A stretch of 62,365 nt of DNA, filler included, from Choristocarpus tenellus KU-1152 (taxonomy: Eukaryota; Protista; Phaeophyceae), in assembly GCA_964200185.2 (NCBI GenBank). It is 11 parts of 11 records of this genome, joined end to end, with 100 filler letters (N's around TTAATTAATTAA, not from the genome) between each part and the next. Parts side by side here need not be neighbours in the genome. Positions count along the whole stretch, not along the records: positions 44,247 to 51,354 come from CAXNAD020006684.1; positions 51,455 to 56,206 come from CAXNAD020013195.1; positions 56,307 to 62,365 come from CAXNAD020009046.1; 8 more parts are not named here. One strand, given 5' to 3'. Shown piece after piece: positions 49,500 through 62,365 of the stretch. Every line of letters begins with the position of its first letter. Within the stretch, counting starts at the first letter, position 1. The translations under genes and the position numbers were made by a program. The notes beneath the pieces were generated by a model. That model was not told the DNA's origin, did not search any database, and was given only the letters and a program-made list of their open reading frames with translations.

Positions 49500-51090
49500 C
49501 TGCTGAACCTCCCAACCCCCTTAATGCTAACCACATGAGTCTCTAGGTCATCCACAAATCCCTCTCCCTATATGCCAAGACCTTTGAAGGTTTTCACTGC
49601 CAAGATGTTGAGGTCGTCATCTGTCTTCTTGTGGCACATAGACTCAAACCAATTGAGAGGTAGGCAAGGTTGCATTTTATCCAGAAAGGGCAAAGAGACA
49701 TAAGTTGAACAATTATTGCAGAAAGAGCATTTACTGAATTGTGGGGTCACCTCGTATGTGGAAAGTGGAATATCAATTTTGCGTACACTATTGTGCACAT
49801 AAAGAACTGAAATAGAGGGTATTGCAGAGTGTAAGAAAGATTGCTTAGAATGCAAAAAGATCCAAACCAGCCCACATTTCAATTGGTTTGGCTCATTACG
49901 TATCAGCTGTTTCATAAGATCTTGGTTGTAAGCAATACAAACTCTGTTGCTGTTGTTGTGCTTAAGCACAAAGTCAATGGTTCATCCTATTACTTACAAC
50001 TTGGTGACTAAATCCACATTTCATCCCTTTCAACATCCATTTCAAGGTCCTTTCCAAATGTCAGGAACTTCATCTGGTTACGACCATGATACTTCATAAA
50101 TTTCCAAGAGGAAAGTCAAAACATTCGGGGATGCCTTTTGGGTAAAATTTTCCAATATTCTGCTGTTCTCTTGTTCACACTGTGTCCACCAGAAGGTTCT
50201 TTTGGAAAACATCATTTTCTCCACGGAGCTGATAATGCTGAAACACCAGCAAGTATTTTCTCTCATATATTTGTGTTTTGTTTTTATTGGTGGACTTCTA
50301 TCATTTCCAGGAAATGTGCAATGCCACCACATTAATGATGGGAACAAATAATTTTATTATTTGATGGTCCTTTGAAAGAATGAAATGGTGTGCTTCCTCT
50401 CTGTTAGATGGAAAAAAAATAAAAAAAGGTAGTTGAATTTTGTTTGAGAAGGAAAGGGTCTTATCCACGAGACAAGAAGGCATTCGATTCACAAACAAGG
50501 TGAACATAACCCACCTGGCAACACCTCCAAAAGATGTACTTCCAACAAGAAGGAAAAGGATGCACGGCACTGATAACAAGGGAGGATACTATTGAGTGAT
50601 GCTCTAACCACAGAGGAGTAACACCCAAAATGGTACAAAATGCAACTACACATCAGTAGAACAGCCTGTACATCACCTTCAGCTGATACCAAGAGTTCTC
50701 CCCCTGCACCACCTCTACTCTCTCAATTCACGATACCTTGACTTTCAAGAGGCCCTCCTCCCCCTCAATCCCCTTCCAAAACAAAAAATAACTCTTCTCA
50801 ACATCCCAACCAGGCTTTCAGAGCACAGTCAATACTAATCTGTTTTGTTGCTTTCTACACAGCAAAGGTTGCAGCCACACGATCGAACGCTGACTCCACA
50901 TTGGCCATGCTGCTGACATATAAATGCCCTGGGTGTGATGCCTTGAGCTGGTTGAGGTACCGGTCAATGAAGGTGACAGGTTTGTCCAGGTGTCGGCAGC
51001 AGCACACCAGGTTGATCAAAGTATCTGCGTCATTCTGGCTCTTGCCCAACGCCTTCCCATAAACACGGTTCAAATTCCGAAAACAACATG
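49500..51090 (-). mobile_element. Decayed Mutator-like (MULE) transposase
   Basis: RYLNQLKASHPG...AFDRVAATF, NSILP, and a SWIM-like YEV...KCSFC...QPC, in the expected order; many stops. Confidence 0.5.
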
Positions 51091-51354
51091 AAGTATGTAG
51101 TAGTACACAAGAAGGGGTTGCAGAGTAAAGTCAGTTCCAATCGTAGTTCATACTTTTTTTATTATTAGGCTGCACCATGCAGACAGCTTTGCAAAGCAAG
51201 ACCAGTTTCACACATCGCCTTCAACAAAATTCAGTATTTCAAGGAAAATGTAGTGCAGATTTATTGACCCAGACAAAAAGTGACAGAGTTGCGAGCTGGG
51301 GAGGGGGTGGGGGGTGGGGGGTGGTACAGGTTCTTCTCAAGCAGAAGAACGAAG

Positions 51355-51454
51355 NNNNNNNNNNNNNNNNNNNNNNNNNNNNNNNNNNNNNNNNNNNNTT
51401 AATTAATTAANNNNNNNNNNNNNNNNNNNNNNNNNNNNNNNNNNNNNNNNNNNN
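51355..51454. other. Artificial contig linker
   Basis: N44-TTAATTAATTAA-N44. Confidence 0.99.
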
Positions 51455-51490
51455 ATGTAGACCCCCCCCCACCCCCAGATACTTCGAGCC

Positions 51491-53700
51491 AAGGCTGCTG
51501 AAGAACATGCCCTTCTAAAGAAAGAGTCACAGGCAACCGGGCGACAATTCTCCCCAATTGCAGGCAGTTTGGAAGTAGTGTGGATTTTCCAAATCTCAGG
51601 AGGGAAAGAGTCCGGGGAGGTGTAGGCAAGTTCCCAGAGGATAGCAAACGCCTCTGCCGCTTCTTCATGGCAACATCTCTTGTGATGACTGATCAAATAT
51701 AGCTGGGGGGCGTATCCCATCGGAGCCTGGTGTGGAGTTGCTGTTCGCTGTTATGAAGGTTGTCCGAACGGAGGTGGGGGTGTACTCCCGCCTCAGGGGG
51801 CAGTACCGTTGTTTCCCAGACCCTGCATCCCTTTCCATCCTATTTTTTGCTCCCATTATCACTTGTCTAAGCTCATATGGATTATCGTTAAGGTGCTTGG
51901 AAACCAACACTCTGAAAGTCTCTTCTGCCCCTGACGCTCTGGGCTGTGACAGGAGAACACTCGCTCCCTTGGAGATACCTCCATGGTGATGACCAAGTGC
52001 TGCAGCTCGTATCTGGCAGGATTTAGGGTCATCTCAGGGGGGCTCCCGACAGTGGAACATTCCTCCATTGAGAACTTTCCATCATTTTCCAGTAAAAGTA
52101 CAGAGACCAGGTGGAGGAGCTTGAACACTCTGACAGTCCCTACTATCAGGGTCCCCTCCTCTAGCCTTGGGCAGTTGCTTCATGTATCAGAAGATCCACT
52201 GCGTGCATGAGAGCAATCGAATGGGTGGTGCGAAACCCTCCAGGAACTTTCTTAACCACGGTGATATTTGCTCGCTCCAAGATCTCCATCTGGACTTGGT
52301 CAAAGGCAGAAGCAACACTTGGGTATGAATGGTACATCATGGCAGGCATGAATGTGGGGACAGGTGCCCAGATTTCTGGGCCGGGTGGGGAGGGTGAAAG
52401 GGAGGAAAGGGGTAGTGTGTGGGAGTGGTGTGGGTGGAGGGGAGGGCGGGGTGGGTTGTGGTGGAAGCGGTGATCCCTCCGCTGAGAGTATGGTGGGGGG
52501 AGATAAAATGGCGAAAGGGAGGAGGGTGAAGAGAGGGTTGCCAGTAAGGTAGGCATTACGGCTATGGACTGGCCACTCGCCAATTTCAGACACTTCGAGT
52601 GAGTATGCGTCCAGGAGATAGTCTTGATCGTGGGGGGGTATGTATGCCGCCCCTTCAGGGTTGAACTCCCAGTGGGAGCGAAACTTGGTCAAACCCAGCA
52701 TTATTCCCCAACACCCTTAAGAGGGCTTGGCATGGCACAAATACATGGTCCCCCCATCCTTATGGACGTGGAAAGGAAGGAAGGTCATGGTTGGGAAGCG
52801 GATGGCGTCTACAATAAGAGAGATATAGACCCAGGATGCTGTGGGGGTCACTCTTCTGTGTGGTCCAGGCGGATGTAGTGTCGCATGTGACACAGGGGGT
52901 GGGGGGGTGGTTGGGGGGCCGGGGTTCCGAGACTGGTGGGTCAAACAATGGGCCCTGGTCTAGCTCCAATTCTGAGTCAGGGATGCTGAGGGTGGGTTGG
53001 GGTGTGAGGGGAAGGGGTGCCCTGGCCTGTGAGGTGAGGTGGGTGGGGTGTAAGTTCTGGCCTGGGATGTTGTATGTGTTGAGAAACAAGGTGGACTCAG
53101 GCTGCAGTGGCGTAATTTAAAGAGACTATAAGCTCGCTAGGGAGAGGGTGAGATCTTTGGTTGGTGAGGGTGGTGTAGGTGTGGTCGAAGAGGGTGGGAA
53201 CGGGCGAAAGTGTTTCGCAGTAAGGGTATGCGAGGTTGTTTGGTTTGCATTTTCACAGGGGCTGACTATGCGGTGGAGTGAAGCAAGCAACCACAAGGGA
53301 GGTTTCCGCAATAGTCAGAGGGGAGCCGCTCTAGGCAGCTTGGGCAGATAGGGAATGAAGGGGAAGGGGCTAGGGGGGGAGGGCGCGGGATGAAGAGTAG
53401 GCGAAAAGGTGGGATGGTGAAAGGGGCAGAGGACGATTTTGTGCAGATGGATTCAAGGACGGCCTTGATTCCCACACTCCTGTCCATGGCAATGCAATAG
53501 AACTCAGGGGCTGCCACAGTGCGGCAGGTGGGGCATGGGATGGAATGTTGGGGGCAGGCAAGGAGGTGAAGGGCCGAGTCACAGCCTAGTCCATCGTTCA
53601 TATTGGGTTTACTGCAAGCTGGTCTTGAGTCTGACGCACAACACATCGCCTGGACTGGCCTCAATGGCAAAATGTAGCTCCTCTTCCCCTTACTGCATGT
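51491..53700 (-). mobile_element. Decayed CRE-like non-LTR retrotransposon, 5' half up to RT start
   Basis: Cys/His fragments (LACPQH..CPTCR), Pro-rich linker, STPGSDGIR (APGxDG motif) and AIGENCRPVACDSFFRR (RPIA motif of RT); cut by a MITE-A end and the contig end. Confidence 0.65.
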
Positions 53701-54374
53701 GTAGCCAGCTCATGGAAGAACATTCTGCTTGCTTATCAGCGCACCCAAACCTGGACAGTGCAACGGTTAGCTGTGATCACATACCATGAAGATCGGTATA
53801 CATGCAAAATGGGTACTTACACAGTGCGTCAAAGCAAACAAGGCATGCCCAGATTTGCATTTGAAGGATACAGAGAAATGTGTGCAAAAATCTTTGTTTT
53901 TTCAAATGCATATAGGAACGTTTCTGAATTCTATCGAAAATTTCCAAACAATAGAGAAATCAACAATCTCAAGCAAGGTCACCCATAGAAATATGGGCAA
54001 ATTGCGGAGGGCTTAAAATCCAAAGCCTGAGCACCTCTGGTATACTTTGGTTCACTAAAGAACCATTACTGGCGGAAGGCCCAAATGTTGTCACTTGTTG
54101 ATGGTACTGAACTGTATCTGCGAATCACAAAGGGGGTAACCTATGTCTTTACATCACGTACTTTCTATTGTGCACGAAGATAATAAATACTTAGGGATTT
54201 TTCACAACATGTTAGTGAAGTTCAACTAGAAATTCAACGTATTTTGGAATTCTCCACGTTTTTCTCATTGTTGTAATGGTGATATCTAGATTGTGAGTGT
54301 TTTTTCTCTATTAAAAAACGGGCATATGGTCGAGGTTTCTCTACAATATTTCCTTGCTTATATTACGACAGGTT

Positions 54375-56125
54375 ACGAATCGTGTGATAGAGTGGCGAAG
54401 AGAATCACTTGGCAAGATGGACTAGACTGACCAAGACGAACCGTAATTGAGAGGACGAGGGTAAGGTTGGAGAAGTGCAACAATGCAGAGTGGAGAGGAT
54501 CTCACGAAGGTTTGTATCATTTGAGTTCCAGGACGTGACTTCAAAAGGAATCCTTGACTCTTGGAATACCTAAATGAAGAGAAGTTAACCTTTTGCTGAT
54601 CATCTGAAGAGATTCAATGGATTTAGTTCTCACAGAAGATCCTCCCCTGGAAGACAGGATTCCTGACAAAGAACTTTCAAACTGCATGACAGCATATGGC
54701 ATACAGCAATAATGGTATATGATAACAGTTTACCCTGCTTTTCACAAGAGTCTTTGGGCTTTTGTGGTATTATGCTATCCAGGCTTGTTGAAATAACACA
54801 ATTTCCCTTTGTATCGTCTACATGTAGACACTGCACTCCACACTATGCCTGACACTTACATACCATATAAACTTTATATCAATTTATTACTGGCATATAG
54901 TTTCAATAAGCTCCTGGACATTTTTTGGGGATAGACAAGGCAAGATGTTCATGGACACCTTGAACAAGCAACTCCTCAGGATAACACCTTGATCTACAAG
55001 CATACAAGTGTCGCACTATCACTTTAAGAGTCCATTGTGGTACCTGCAGCTTTATGTAATGCGACTGAGATTGTCCTGAAAGAATTGAAGGGGCCTTTCT
55101 GTGAGTTGCCATTTTGGAAGTGTTAAATGTTTCAGAGCCACAGAGTCTTCCCGAAAAAATTATAGGACTTTTTTTTATGTATGATGATAACAAGGTCGAG
55201 GAATTTGCTCCATACTGTAGTATGAAAAAGGCCAATTGCCCCCCTATCATGGATAGGAATGTCTCTAACCAAGAGTATGAGAGTGAAAAGCACATCGTGA
55301 ACGAAATCAGGCATCCGAAGTTTTAAGACTTTTTCGAGGCTATCAAACCCCGCTGTGGAGGGTGCACCAAGGAGGCGAAGGAGAATGACCAGGGTTATGA
55401 AAGGAGGATGAACAGAGTAGATGGAACGGAAGCATAGTAGGAGTGATGCTTTCATGACTTTTACGTTGAATTTTGGCATGGAATAGAGAGTGAGTGTGAG
55501 GCAGACTTCCTCAACATGCTCAAGTTGACAAATATCTTTGTGATGCCTTGCTCCTCTGTAGAATCTGAGCACATGAATCGCATAAAATCCAAGAACTGCA
55601 ATCAACATGCCACTGAGTGTTTGGAGACATAGATGTGAGGCGTTCTTGCTCATTGTGTTACAGGCGAATAGCGTGAGTATTTATTCCTGTGCTTTAACCG
55701 GCGCGAGCAGTGTACGCGCGTGGGGAACCCCAAAAGGGGGAACTCCAATTTACTAAAAGGTTGCAGAATGAAAATCTGTAACTCGGGAAAGTCACAAGGG
55801 TTCCCAGATAGAAAGGTCGCAAGGGTTCTCAGGTATATTCCAATGTCTGTAAATCAAAGAAGCCCTAATGATAAATGAAGATAAGAAATCCTAAAAACGG
55901 CTCCAAACAGCTCAGTTCTTCTTACCTAGAGACCCCACCTATAGCACTCTTAATCTGATATCGAAAAACATATATTCTTGATGCTAATTGATTCATTTGA
56001 GAGTACCCTTGTTCTGCTGAGCTGACGTTCGTTAATCTGTGAATTGGAGCTACCCATCATGTGGAGGTAAGTTTCTGGAGCGTGCCTGTAACAATTGCCA
56101 TGAAGTCAAGGATTTCGGGGTTGGG
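54375..56125 (+). mobile_element. Decayed hAT transposon, interrupted by a solo LTR
   Basis: EFWHG...FLNMLKLTNIFVMPCSSVESEHMNRIKSKNCN...LET*M resembles the hAT C-terminal dimerisation domain; frame resumes after the LTR (HEVKDF). Confidence 0.65.
55656..56093 (+). mobile_element. Solo LTR, 438 bp, with 4-bp target-site duplication
   Basis: TGTTACAGGC...GCCTGTAACA perfect 10-bp inverted ends; ATTG on both flanks (55652-55655, 56094-56097); homologous to 31264-31705. Confidence 0.9.
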
Positions 56126-56206
56126 GCTGAGCCAGAGGAAGGTATTGAGTGTGCTGCACACCGTTGAAAGAGTCGAAGGCTCAAAGTGGGTCAAAGTATC
56201 TGGGGG

Positions 56207-56306
56207 NNNNNNNNNNNNNNNNNNNNNNNNNNNNNNNNNNNNNNNNNNNNTTAATTAATTAANNNNNNNNNNNNNNNNNNNNNNNNNNNNNNNNNNNNNN
56301 NNNNNN
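56207..56306. other. Artificial contig linker
   Basis: N44-TTAATTAATTAA-N44. Confidence 0.99.
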
Positions 56307-56432
56307 CCGGTGATTCTCTTCGCCACCCTTGCCTGAGTGAACCACGCCGCCACAGAATCACACGATTCACATAGTTTTCATTTGTTTCCCCCCACACATT
56401 TGCAAAATGTCAAAGGGCATAATAATAAAAAT
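56307..56432. repeat. End of the 440-bp element fused to the ~90-bp dispersed element, upstream of GST
   Basis: 56307-56371 is the reverse complement of 9893-9957; 56371-56432 matches 18357-18418. Confidence 0.8.
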
Positions 56433-56582
56433 ATGATAGACCTTTATGGTATGTTTTTTTGAATCCCAATCCAATAATACACTCACACACACCACACACA
56501 ACACAACCAACAATCTACCTAGTACTGTTCCTTTGTGAATCCAAACCTACAAGTCCAACTCCGATATCGAACACGCAAAGAA

Positions 56583-58984
56583 ATGGCAACCTACAAGCTC
56601 ACCTACTTTGATCTTGCTGGAAGAGCAGAGCCAATTAGGCAGGCCTTCGTTATCGCCAATCTCCCCTTCGAGGATCACAGGATCTCGTTCGCGGAGTTTG
56701 GGGCTATGAAGGAATCAGGAGATCTACGATGGGGAACGGTGAGAGCGAATGAAAATATGTAGACTCCACGAAGATCAAGAGTTCTCTTAGCCAACAAAAC
56801 GATATCAGAATGGCGGACTACATTAGTCTTGTCGATATGGAATTAGGGTCCCACTACCATTTCATGAAGATTAGGGTCATGCCATCGACAATTTTGGAAT
56901 TTTGTTCACCTGCTCCATCTTCAGATCCCATCTCTCGACATCGTTGGCACTGATGGCAAGACAACTACCATTTCGCAGTCCATGGCCATTTTGCGATTTG
57001 TGTCTTGCAAAGGAGGACTCTATCCAGCTGATCCTGTCGAAGCTGCCAGGGTAGACGAGGTGTGTACTACCTGGATAAGGCTGGGACATACGTATATCAT
57101 AGTCAACCGTGGTATCGATAGAGTAACTGTCTGCTTAGGGATGATTTTCGACTAGGAATAGATAGGATGTTGAGGGGTATTCGGACAGTTGTGCAGCCCA
57201 GCGTAATTCCTTTGGCGGTTGCTGTCCTGATGATCGAATCGGGATGTGTATGCATGGGGTAGTTAATGCCACCGTTCTCCGTTGCCGTTCTTCACAAAAT
57301 TCGAGTGGGTCAGTCTCGAGATGAGCAATTGTCCCGTAAATGCATGTTGAGGGAAAGAACCATCTATTCTAACAGTGGTCAACCTATCTACTAACACCAA
57401 ATAGCTGACAATTTCGTACACAATCACCCTTTCCACAGATCTTGGACGCTTATCAGGACATGAACAGCGCGATTGTGCCCTCCGTGAAGGAGTCTGATGC
57501 GGAGAAGAAGGTGTGGGGATATCGATTCCTTTATTGACCAAGTACAATATCAAGGCAATTGTCTCGCGCCAAGTCCTCCATGCGTTCTCTGTGGTGATGA
57601 GTTGTTCTTGCTGCAGATCGGTCCACATGAGTGAATGTCTTGGACATGTGATGGACTATGAATGTCGTTGTTCCTGTTCTCCCATGATTGCAATTCCTAT
57701 CCCAGGCTGCCATGAGGGTAGAGCTGGCAAAGACCCTTGTGCGAATGTTCGAACGATTTGAGAAGCGATATGAGGAGAACGGCAGCAATGGCTGGGCTGT
57801 GGGAACATCGGTAGGTTGCCCTTGGAAGTCCCCTCACTGTACACAGCCAATGCTGTGGTTCCAAGTGATGGACATTTTGTACAACATAAAGATATATTTG
57901 CACATTTGCCAATAACAGGTTCCTTGCAATGGAATTTCGAAGGGTTTATGAAATTTATTGTTTAACTATTGCCTCGTGTGTGCAAAAGTCAAGAGAAGAG
58001 TTGTTTGTCTCACTTCGTTAGTCCTTCGGTGTGAGGTGTGGGATATAAATTCGAGATATCCTGCAGGTTAGATGAAGACAGCTTCTTGTTCTAGAGTTTG
58101 TCCCTGGAGGAGTAAACTTCCTCCCTGTCCTGCCAGGGCTTTCCGACTATCAGTGTCTTCTTGCCGATTGGCTCAAAGTATCTGGGGGGGCGGTTTTGGG
58201 TGGTTTGGTTGCATAGGTTCGGTCGAAATGGACACCCAGGTGTAGACCCTCCCCCCCCCCCCCCCCCACTCGGGCCTTTCGTTGTTGGGGTGATCTTCTT
58301 TTTTTTTTTTAAAATTATTGTTTTCTTTTTAGCCAGTCTNNNNNNNNNNTTTGGGTGGTTTGGTGCAATAGTTTCGGTGGAAATGGACACCCAGGTGTAG
58401 CCCCCCCCCCCCCCCCAGATACTTTGGATCATTGAGGTTTGGCAAGTATTTGCTTTGTATTGTAAAAAATTGTTGCTTCATTGAAGACCGACTTGATTGG
58501 GCTGTGAGTGAAGTGACAGAGTAGGCATGGTGTGTCCTCACCCCTTCAGAAGAAGTTCATTTCACTGAATGAAGGGATGATGGTTCATACAGATAAGAGC
58601 GCTTCCATTGTTGCTTCAAAGTATGTAGTCTAGTGTACTCAAGAGTTTGCATAGAGTAACATTGTTATAATATTAGTCAGTAGTAGGGGTACTGTATAAC
58701 AAGTACTTGAGTGCTTGCCAGGTGATACACCTTCTCATTAACTTGTTCATCTTCTGCCCTCCCTCTCCTGGCCTTGTTCACATCCTGTGTTGGGTCTGTC
58801 CTATACCATCCTACAGATCAGTGCTGCTGACTTGGCCCTGTGTGCAGTTGCTCATTGGACATCAACTGGGATTCTTGACGGAATTCCCACCACTATCCTC
58901 GACACCTGCCCTCAAATTAAAGGTCTCAAGGAGAGAGTTCTTAGTAACAGTAAAATTGCCGAGTACTATGCTTCCAAGCAGTAG
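56583..58984 (+). CDS. GST: Glutathione S-transferase, sigma-like class (211 aa)
   Basis: Exons 56583-56738, 56925-57059, 57439-57510, 57706-57810, 58817-58984; all introns phase 0 GT-AG. Motifs YKLTYFDLAGRAEPIR (catalytic Tyr), WGTIP (cis-Pro), SQSMAILRF, GLYP, ISAADL. Confidence 0.93.
58170..58430. mobile_element. MITE family A in GST intron 4
   Basis: GGCTCAAAGTATCTGGGGG ... CCCCCAGATACTTTG; contains a 10-N gap, so the internal duplication may be an assembly artefact. Confidence 0.75.
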
Positions 58985-59360
58985 TCATCTTCTTCCATTT
59001 CTTGTTGGTGTGCCTGATCAGGTGTTGTGTGGTGTAGATGATGTGTGTTGTGTGACAAGAGAGGTGGTTTCAATGACAAGGTCTCGATGCACTGAGTTTT
59101 GGTAATACTCTAGTCTTGCCTTTGACTTGAAGAAAATATCCTCTTCTAACTGTAGCAGTAGCTTTCTGGAATATATATCTAGAGGTTGAGCTGGGCAGGC
59201 TTGACATTGCATTCTTGGCATAGTCCAGTTGTTCTCAAATCACAGAAGTGTGTAATAGTAGGGAGTACTATTCATGAGCAGTTTTGAGTTCCTATTGTGA
59301 GTCATGAGGGCTATAGGTACGCTCGATAAATTGTTGTGAATACCTCTTCTTCCAATTGTT

Positions 59361-59585
59361 GAGTCAAAGTATCTGGGTGGGGGTGCCGGCGTCCGTTTTT
59401 GACCCTGGCTCAAAGTACCTGGGGGGGGGGGTGGCGGCTGTCCATTTGGGACCAATTTTTTCATGCTGCGATTTGTGGGTGATTTGGTTCCATACATTGG
59501 TTGGAAAATGAAAGCACAATTTTCCTGTTTTTGTTCCAAATGGACACTCTGGTGTAGACCCCCTCCCCCCGCCAGATACTTTGGG
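59361..59585. mobile_element. MITE family A with doubled left end, 3' of GST
   Basis: CAAAGTATCTGG (59365) and GGCTCAAAGTACCTGG (59407) ... CCAGATACTTTG (59572). Confidence 0.8.
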
Positions 59586-61829
59586 TTTATTACCAGTGGG
59601 ATGCGAAAAAAAGTGGTAGTAGTGAAACTGATGAGAGTTCATCTTGATGTGGTTACCATCTACATTATCGAATCATTTATTGTTATCAAGTTCTCTAGCA
59701 TTGTTTCTGAGGAGAGGTTGTCTTCATTTCCAAGAACTTTTCTTGGCTGTTGCACAACCCTTACGTAAACCCCACAACGCACATCTCAATAAAATTTATT
59801 CACAAAGTTTGCACTCCGAGGGGGTAACACACAACCAGTACTACACCCACACCTTTCACAAATTGATATTATATATGCTAATTTCACTGTTGTTACTGTG
59901 TCAAGAATGTGCTTTTAGTCGTGTGTTACGTAGATTATGTGAGGAACAGTCTCAGGATGGAAGAGACGATATTGTGTTCTGAAGAATAGAAGATAGGTGT
60001 GGGTTAAATAACTAAAATATGGAAGAGTGCAAGAATAGGAAAAATCGTAGCAAGTAATCTGTTATCAATGATTTGTGATCCATGGAATAGGGTTGATTTG
60101 GTGGGAAGGACCCACCCCATCCCTTGGGCTTGAAAACTTACCCCTCCTTTGTCCTTCCTTCATCTACAAACTGTCCATCCCATTAAGGAATGAATGGAGT
60201 AATTTATATGCAAAGTCTTCCGAACATCAGCTTCTTTAACATGCTAGCTAGCATTACTTACTGAAATGTGCTTAAGTTTTTAAGGCTAACGTAAATTGAT
60301 TGGAGGCAGCCATCGGTAACAGTAGACGTGCTTCAAGAAGAGTGAGGTATGGAGAGATGACACCTGTAACAGCAGTAGAAGATGGTGGAGTGGAAGCTGA
60401 GTCAGAGTTTGAGGATGAAGATGAAGAGGCGGTCAGCAGAACTGGGCACCGTAATGGACTGCAGGAGAGAGTCTGCGGGGACTCATCCCACTCACGTCAA
60501 GTTTTGAAGTGTGTAAGGTCAAAGATGATGATGGGGAACTATATCCAATGTTCGAGAAATTGAAGGATGGTCTTGTGACAGAAGATCATACCAGAGTGAG
60601 CTATGCTATTGTAGATGGAAAGAGAGATAAGGCCAATAAGGTTATAGCATTTTTGGTGGTAAGATTAGGTGGACTCTCTGATGTACACAGGCAAGTAAGA
60701 CCTTTTTCAGCAGCAATCCCAGGGTTGGGGGTCATAACCTCATTTTCTAACCAATTTTACATGTTTTTGTGAACGTTTAAAATATATTTTCACCTCTATT
60801 TAGCGATATTTCTTGGGTATTTGGTTTCGTTCTTGGGGATGATGCAATGCACAGGTGAAATTCCGTGTCTTTGGGAGCCCCCCTTGTCTTTGGGAGCCCC
60901 CCTTGTCCTTGGGAAATACTCTCTGAGGTCTTGTTTGACCCTCCTTCAAATCCCCCCTCACTGACGACGGCAAGTGAGCCAGGCTATGGTAGGTAGCGTG
61001 GCGGATGGTCACATCAAAGCTCTGAATGAAAGTATCTTAGAGGGTACGAATTTTTCTGTTTGTTCGTCTGGGGCTTGGATCCTACTAGTTCTTCATGACA
61101 TTTTCCTATTCTGAAATGTCTCGGAGTAGGTAAGATGTATACTCTATGACAAGGTGTGTTTGAAACAAGGATATTGGCACTTCCTAACAAACACGATAGC
61201 CAAAATTATATCAATATCGCAACAATGGATTTTAACCCCAAGACGGACACGGATCTATCCTCAAAGATAATTCGACTCCTCTGGCGGCTCGAGGACCTGC
61301 TACCACTTCAAAAACGGAGTCCATGGTGTCAAAGAAGCTGTCTCCACTGTAACTGAATAGAAAGATACAAAGCCCACGAGACGATGAATACCCTATTCTC
61401 AACTAGCCCTCACACCCCTCAGTTCAAATCTGCACCATGTGCTTCTGATCATCCGAACATCACCCATTCCACAAATAGCTATTCCAGATAAGATGCCACC
61501 ATAGAGTGGGGGTCACCAACCCTCTGGAGGACAGTGGTCAATATTTCATTGTGGGCTACATCTCTGGCATAAGCAAAGCACTCATCATATATGGCTTTGG
61601 CTAGCATATTCACATTGCAATACCTAAGAATATACATATTCATCACCGTGAAATGTCTATCCCCAGTTCCATCCCCGGCCTTCTCACCCATTCAATTCTC
61701 CAACCCTACAGCAGTCAATAGGTCCAAGTCTAAATCTCTAAACTCCAACTCTACAACCCAGGGCCCAGTCTAAGCCAACACACAAACAAATTCTAGTTTT
61801 AGAAATTCATGTAATCACCAGTAACGTAC

Positions 61830-62128
61830 CTCATTGTCATCTTCCCTTGCTTTATCTGCACAATTATCTGCCACCCTTTCTGCTGTAGGCCTCACTGCAT
61901 TGCTGCTTGGCATCCCACCAATATCACCACCCCTTAGTGAGGTCAAACCGCTGCTTGACCCGGGGCAATCCGGCATCTTAAGCAATTCTCCTTCAGGTTG
62001 CCCTGCCCTTCTATCCAGACCTTGGACAGCCTCTTCGGATTCCTTAGTGCCTTCCTTACAGGCTAGATCATTGGTATCGGCATTAACCCGATCTCCTCCA
62101 TCTTCGTCTCCAGTATGGCACTTCAGGG
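61830..62128 (-). other. Possible exon (acidic, low complexity) of an unidentified gene or pseudogene
   Basis: Open frame LKCHTGDEDGGDRVNAD...AREDDNE ending at GAG|GTACG; the next putative exon (from ~61769) has an in-frame TGA. Confidence 0.3.
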
Positions 62129-62365
62129 CTTACGGGTTGTAAGCGGACGGGTTTCGAGCTGGTGTTAGTGCTAATGCTTGATTCAAGGTAGGAAATGGAA
62201 TGGTGGAGGACGTGGTGTTGCGAAGGCACACTATCAACTCCGTGTCTGGCAACTACTTTGTAGGTTGTATTTCCAAGAGGGAGCACAGATGGTGTTCGAT
62301 TAGACTCTTCCAACTCTATCGGACAGTTACGGTAAATTATTTATGGAGTAATGGAACAATCATTA

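Noticed and set aside
55132-55653. 173-aa hydrophobic minus-strand ORF
   Set aside because: Antisense to the hAT remnant; no recognisable domain.
11164-56306. Ten identical TTAATTAATTAA palindromes flanked by Ns
   Set aside because: Artificial six-frame-stop linkers used to concatenate contigs; not biological.
3710-58984. Apparent cluster of symplekin, ABC-F/HCF101 and GST
   Set aside because: The genes lie on different contigs; only ABC-F and HCF101 are truly adjacent.
60300-60772. Two overlapping plus-strand ORFs ending near a CAG|GCAAGT/GTAAG donor-like site
   Set aside because: Frameshifted relative to each other with no recognisable family.
61690-61770. In-frame TGA as selenocysteine or readthrough
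   Set aside because: No redox motif or SECIS recognised and the exon call is weak; a nonsense mutation or true stop is more likely.

Overview
Eukaryotic nuclear DNA, most likely from a brown alga or close ochrophyte relative. The taxonomic call is an inference from GT-AG introns, bipartite signal-peptide + 'AF' plastid-targeting leaders and TE types typical of brown-algal genomes. The window is NOT contiguous: it is 11 contigs joined by artificial 100-nt linkers (N44-TTAATTAATTAA-N44), so adjacency across linkers is meaningless. Four host genes could be rebuilt exon by exon: symplekin (minus, 5' nine exons only), a plastid-targeted ABC-F ATPase (plus, 10 exons, tandem-duplicated N-terminal exons), plastid HCF101 Fe-S scaffold (minus, 2 exons, stop codon 39 bp from the ABC-F stop) and a sigma-class glutathione S-transferase (plus, 5 exons). 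The rest is mostly decayed TEs (Mariner, hAT, Mutator, Copia, Gypsy-type LTRs, RLE-type non-LTR elements, possible Helitrons, MITEs). Most notable: (1) CpG-rich gene 5' ends in a CpG-depleted background, repeatedly flanked by the same ~90-bp dispersed element; (2) a dense cluster of short TTAGGG tracts in both orientations inside decayed Helitron-like sequence; (3) an LTR element with a Tudor-like domain just upstream of its polypurine tract, within stacked PPT-LTR units; (4) recent tandem exon-intron duplication in the ABC-F gene with a GT-to-GC donor switch. All family assignments are by eye; no searches were run.
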